Origin: the human T2T-CHM13v2.0 reference genome, Homo sapiens
Reading direction: 5' to 3' (one strand)
DNA: 64,000 nucleotides
Assembly (NCBI RefSeq): GCF_009914755.1
Contig: NC_060931.1
The notes beneath the pieces were generated by a model. That model had not been told where the DNA came from. It saw only the letters and a list, made by a program, of their open reading frames with translations, and made no database searches. Each line of letters starts with the position of its first letter. The first letter of the stretch is position 1. Shown here piece by piece: positions 41,371 through 64,000 of the stretch. Position numbers and translations under genes: made by a program.

Positions 41371-41403
41371 AAACTGTGATCTATCGTAGAGTACGTTCTG
41401 CAT

Positions 41404-41409
41404 TTTATT
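41404..41409 (-). terminator. Candidate proximal poly(A) signal AATAAA of NSUN5
   Basis: Plus-strand tttatt ~165 nt downstream of the long-isoform stop; a further tttatt lies at 40694-40699. Confidence 0.65.
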
Positions 41410-41572
41410 TTTGCAGGCAACACTTTGCTCACCAGCAAGAACACAGCCCAAGGAAGGGACCCAATAACCTTTCAAAACCCAAACTGCTTCCTGCGGTGAG
41501 GGCCCAGGGTCCTCCACGGAGAGGACAGGCATCTTCCTTTCCCACCAGGAAGGAGTCAGCCCGGAGCCTCTG

Positions 41573-41687
41573 CTATGTGCAAGGCGGTGTGCAAGCACCG
41601 GCTGCGGCTCTTTGCTGTCTCTTCTTTCTCTTTGGGGCTGGGCTGGGTGTGCGTTCTGGTGCTGATGCTTTGGCCTGTGAGGCTGAG
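41573..41687 (-). CDS. NSUN5: Alternative NSUN5 terminal coding exon (466-aa isoform)
   Basis: Splicing the 70-nt intron 41688-41757 (gtgagt...ctctag) gives SSASQAKASAPERTPSPAPKRKKRQQRAAAGACTPPCT*; total 1401 nt. Confidence 0.85.
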
Positions 41688-41753
41688 CTAGAGAAGTGTA
41701 GATGTTAGATGTGCCGGTGCCATCCTGCGCCTCCCAAGCACGCCCCCACTCAC

Positions 41754-46947
<5,194 letters not shown>

Positions 46948-47783
46948 GTTCCCGCGCGCCTTTACGGCTCTGTGGCAAAACGCACCCGGCTCGGCGCCCG
47001 CCCGGACTTCCGGGGTCAAAAAGCACGACCTTCCGGGACCGGAAGTGCCGGTCGAAGTCGCCCTGCAAGGCGTGTGTGTGATCGCGCACCTGCCGGGGTA
47101 GGGAGTGCGACGCTGCAGCCCGTTTCGCCACTTCTTCTCTGGTTCTTAAGTTTTTGCCAATCTGATGGGCAAATAATGGGATTTTACTGCTGTTTAACTG
47201 AAGTTACTGAGGTTAAATATCTTCACATGTGTATTAGTCATTATATATATATATATATATATAATTTTTTTTTGACACAGAGTCTCACTCTGTCGCGCAG
47301 TGTCGCAATCGCGGCACACTGCAACCTCCGCCTCCCGGGTTCAAGCAATTCTCCTGCCTCAGCCTCCCGAGTAGCTGGGACTACAGGCCCACGCCACCAC
47401 ACCTGGCTAATTTTTGTATTTTTAGTAGAGATGGGGTTTCACTATGTTTGCCAGGTTGGCCTTGAACTCCTGACCTTAGGTGATCTGCCCACCCTGGCCT
47501 CCCAAAGTTCTGGGATTACAGGCATGAGCCCCCGCGCTGGCCATAATTTTGTGTCTCCGTTTATTGTCTTATCTTCCTCTGCCATGTGTCATCCAATGGC
47601 TGTGTTCTCAGGGAGGCTTCTGTGTAATGGCAAAAAAGGTCCTAGCAACTCTAGGTCCACAATGTGGTTTACAATACCTGCCATTCACCCTGCACCAGTA
47701 ACCACATTAGTCCCAGAGCCAAGCAAGAAAGCACGTGGGGTATTTGGGTACCTGAAATGGGCCGGTTTGGCCAAATTAAGTGA

Positions 47784-47975
<192 letters not shown>

Positions 47976-48784
47976 TAGCTAATTTTATCTTTTGTAGAGA
48001 TGTGGTCTCACCATGTTGCCCATGGATGGTCTCGAACTCCTGGCCTAAAGTGATCTTCCCACCTCGGCTTCCCAAAGCAGTGATTACAGGCATGAACCAC
48101 TGTGCCCAGCGAGGATTTTATTCTTTTATCTTGAAAGAAATGGTAGTCCTCTTAAGGTTTTTAAGTCATGGAGTGCTGTGCTAACATATACTTCTTTAAA
48201 AGATCAGTCTGGCCAGGTGTGGTGGCTCACACCTGTAATCCTAGCACTTTGGGAGGCCAATGCAGGCAGATCACTTGAGGTCAGGAGTTCAAGACCAGCC
48301 TGGCCAACATGACAAAACCCCGTCTCTACTAAAAATACAAAGATTAGCCAGGCATGGTGGTAGACACCTGTAATCTCAGCTACTTGGGAGGCTGAAGCAG
48401 GAGAACCATTTGAACCTGGGAGGCTGGGGTTGCAGTAAGCTGAGATTGTGCCACTGCACTCCAGCCAGGGGGATAGAGCAAGATTCTTTCCCCAAAAAAT
48501 AAATAATCAGTCTGGTTACAGTGTGGGGATATAGGATGGAGGGGGCAGAGTTGAGGCAGGGAGAGACCAATGGGGGTCATGGGAGTCACCTAAACAAGAA
48601 CTGGTGGCCTGGACTGAGTTGGTGGCAGTGGAGTTAGGTTGAAATTGGCAGTGTGACCGCTAAGTTAAATCCACAGAACTTGCTCAGGAAAAAGGACAGG
48701 TCGAGAATAACTCGTAGGTTTTCAGTTTGGGCAGTTCACACAATGCTGCTGTGTCTTTTGGTAGGATGGGGAAACGTGGGGTGA

Positions 48785-49575
<791 letters not shown>

Positions 49576-50720
49576 CAGCCACAGGATAAATCTCAGGGAT
49601 GGGGGAGTAGGAAGATCATGAGCGCGGTTTTGGACATGCCCTTGACGTCCAGGCGGAGCTGCTGAATGGCTGGAGCGCTACTGGATGTGGCATGTAAGGG
49701 ACGGGTCTCCCGGAGAGGGAACTTCTGAGTCATCCCTGTGGAAGTGATGACTGGAGCTATGGGTGTGGAGGGGTAGACAGCCAGAAGAGGAGCCTGGAGG
49801 TCCTCAGGCCATGAGTGGCCAGGAGGAGAGGCTGAATCCTTGAAGGAGACTGAGGAGAGGAGGGAGGAAAGTCAGGATTGTGGGGAGGCTGAGGGTTGCT
49901 GTTTGCCCCAGCTAGTCTCCCTCAGGCCCTCTTATTGGTCTGTGCACCCAGTTTGACTTCCAGTGGCCAGAGCCAGCATCTTGGTTAGAGGGCTACCCCA
50001 GAGCTTCCAGGACCCACTTAGCCTGTGGGTATGGTGAGTCAAAGGGGTATGACAGCCTAGGCACAGTGGCTCACACCTGTAATCCCAGCGCTTTGGCAGG
50101 CCAAGGTGGGAGGATTGCTTGAGGCCCAGACCAGCCTGGGTAACATAGCAAGATCCCGTCTCTACTAAAAATTTAAATATTAGCTGGGTATGGTGGCAGA
50201 CACTTGTTGTCTCAGCTACTCAGGAGGCTGAGGCAGGAGGATCACTTGAGCCTGAGAGGTCAAGGCTGCAGTAAGCTACAATTGTGCCACTGCTCTCCAG
50301 CCTGGGTGACAGAGCAAGATCCTGTCTCTGAAACTAGACTCGAGGCTGGGCACGGTGGCTCACGCCTGTAATCCCAGCACTTTGGGAGGCTGAGACAAGT
50401 AAATAATTTGAGGTCAGGAGTTCAAGACCAGCCTGGCCAACACAGCGAAACCCCATCTCTACTAAAAATACAAAAATTAGCTGGGTATGGGGCACATGCC
50501 TATAATCCCAGCTACTCGGGAGGCTGAGGCAGGAGAATCACTTGAATCCGGGAGGTGTAGGTTTCAGTGAGCCTACATCGTGCCACTGCACTCCAGCCTA
50601 GGTGACAGAGAGAGACTCCATCTCAGGAAAAAAAAAAAAAAAAAAAAGACTCGAGCATAAAGCAGTATGTATAGCAACTAATATGTGCAAATCATTTAAA
50701 GAGAAAGAAATAATGTCAAA

Positions 50721-50726
50721 TTTATT
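50721..50726 (-). terminator. TRIM50 poly(A) signal AATAAA
   Basis: Plus-strand tttatt ~355 nt downstream of the TRIM50 stop. Confidence 0.7.
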
Positions 50727-51079
50727 ATCCTTGATAGTAGTTGAAAGTTCACAGTAATATGGAAAAGGTATACATGGGACTATTTCTGCCCTCGGAAGCG
50801 TCTGCGCAGATAGCATGGTTAGCAAGTGGCAGGAACCATGGGGATTTCAGTGTGTCCCTGGCTGCCAAGGCCTGGGGGCCGAAGTTTACAAATACACCCT
50901 TGGCTGAGGGGAAAGGGACTGGGGTCCTGTTCCCTATCATTACATGTTCCAGGGACACACAGGCCTGAAGACCTTCCTAAACAGTGACGATATCACCTCA
51001 GGCGGGACCCAGCAGAAGCCCGCGAGTCCCCGGTGCCCCGCCGGGATGGGCCTGTGGGCCGGCAGGACTCCGGGCGGCC

Positions 51080-62957
<11,878 letters not shown>

Positions 62958-63175
62958 TCACTGCCCGGGCTGAAACACAGGCATCCGACCTCAGTCCTGT
63001 CCCCTCCCCTCCCCCTGTCCAGCACTCATCCACCACCCTCAACCCTAAGGAGCACCAGAATTTTAGAGGAAACACTTTGAGTCCTGGATCCCAGTCCTAA
63101 CCCACATGACCTTGGGCCCCAGTTTCCGCAGCTGTAAAACAAAAGACTGCAGTGAAAAAAACTGGTCCCTTGAAG

Positions 63176-63178
<3 letters not shown>

Positions 63179-63225
<47 letters not shown>
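63179..63225 (+). repeat. (TG)n microsatellite in TRIM50 intron 1
   Basis: Uninterrupted TG run of about 23 units. Confidence 0.96.
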
Positions 63226-63226
<1 letters not shown>

Positions 63227-63374
63227 TACATTTTTTACTCAAATTTGGAGACAAGCATGAAAGGGGCCATCTGCAGGGTCATTTGCAGTGACACTAATAA
63301 TGCAAGGTCCAGCCCCAGCATGCATCCGGACCTAGAACTGAACAGCAAAACCTAGGCAAGCTCCCCACCTTCTA

Positions 63375-63530
63375 GATCAGTTCCCAAACTTTCGGGAAAC
63401 TGTTGAAAGCATAGGTGTAATAGAGATTCTAGAGGCCCACCTTCAAAGGATCTTCTTCAGGGGGTCTCCAGTGAGACCCAGAACTCTACACTTATAGGTG
63501 ACACTCCCAGGTAATTCTAGAGAGCCTGGA
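63375..63530. mobile_element. MER5-like hAT remnant
   Basis: cagttcccaaactt...gattctagaggcccacc...gagacccagaactctacacttata...ctcccaggtaattct. Confidence 0.55.
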
Positions 63531-64000
63531 ACCTACAAGGCCTCTACCCTGATCTCCCACCTGCTCCCCTATGAAAGCTTGTCAATGAGACAGAAGCAGC
63601 ACCAGCAGCCCCCGGGGGAGCCTGACATTGGAATACCTGGCTTCTCACAATCCGCTGGGCCTCCCACTACAGCCTCAAGCCAGCATCACTGGCTTTCCTT
63701 CTTCCCAGCAGGGAACAGCAGGCACAGAGTCAGAAGTGGGAAATGCAGCTGGACGCCTGCACCACTGCCTGGTCTCTGCCCCTTCTCTCCTCCCCTTTCC
63801 CAGCAACACCCCTGTGTCCCCAAGGTCACCAGAATCAGGTGGAAACTGGGTTACATCACGGGACTGGGGAGGCAGCCTTTGTTGGGCCTGCTCTGATAAC
63901 ATTCAGGTGCTGGCCTTGGCCACTGTGGAGGAGGGGCAGAAACAGAGGGACTGGGTACACCGTCCACACCTCATGACCCCAACAGGAGCAGATAGGTGCT

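Noticed and set aside
46948-47019. In-frame N-terminal extension of NSUN5
   Set aside because: It starts at TTG among the promoter ETS sites, probably at or upstream of the TSS.

Overview
Human (hominoid) Alu-rich DNA, recognisable as the 7q11.23 Williams-Beuren low-copy-repeat region. From left to right: (1) six in-frame exons of a 5'-truncated GTF2IRD2 copy on the minus strand (GTF2IRD2P1-like, start-codon exon not seen); (2) a full-length SVA on the minus strand (~21420-23523) with no visible target-site duplication; (3) eight exons of a 5'-truncated but fully open POM121 copy on the plus strand (POM121B-like); (4) the complete NSUN5 gene on the minus strand (429/466 aa); (5) the complete TRIM50 CDS on the minus strand (487 aa), whose last intron carries an RPL7A processed pseudogene. 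There is no prokaryote-type system here. The strongest lead is that the TSD-less SVA sits between two decapitated, back-to-back gene copies. It may be the duplication junction itself and a surrogate promoter. Other leads: an open 791-aa soluble FG-repeat POM121 frame with an in-frame ATG, two pairs of convergent poly(A) signals, donor-embedded stop codons, a fold-back inside an Alu, and an unexplained 76-bp duplicated intronic element. Exon boundaries were read by hand from GT-AG sites and protein similarity. Repeat subfamily names and reference-protein comparisons come from memory, not from a database search.
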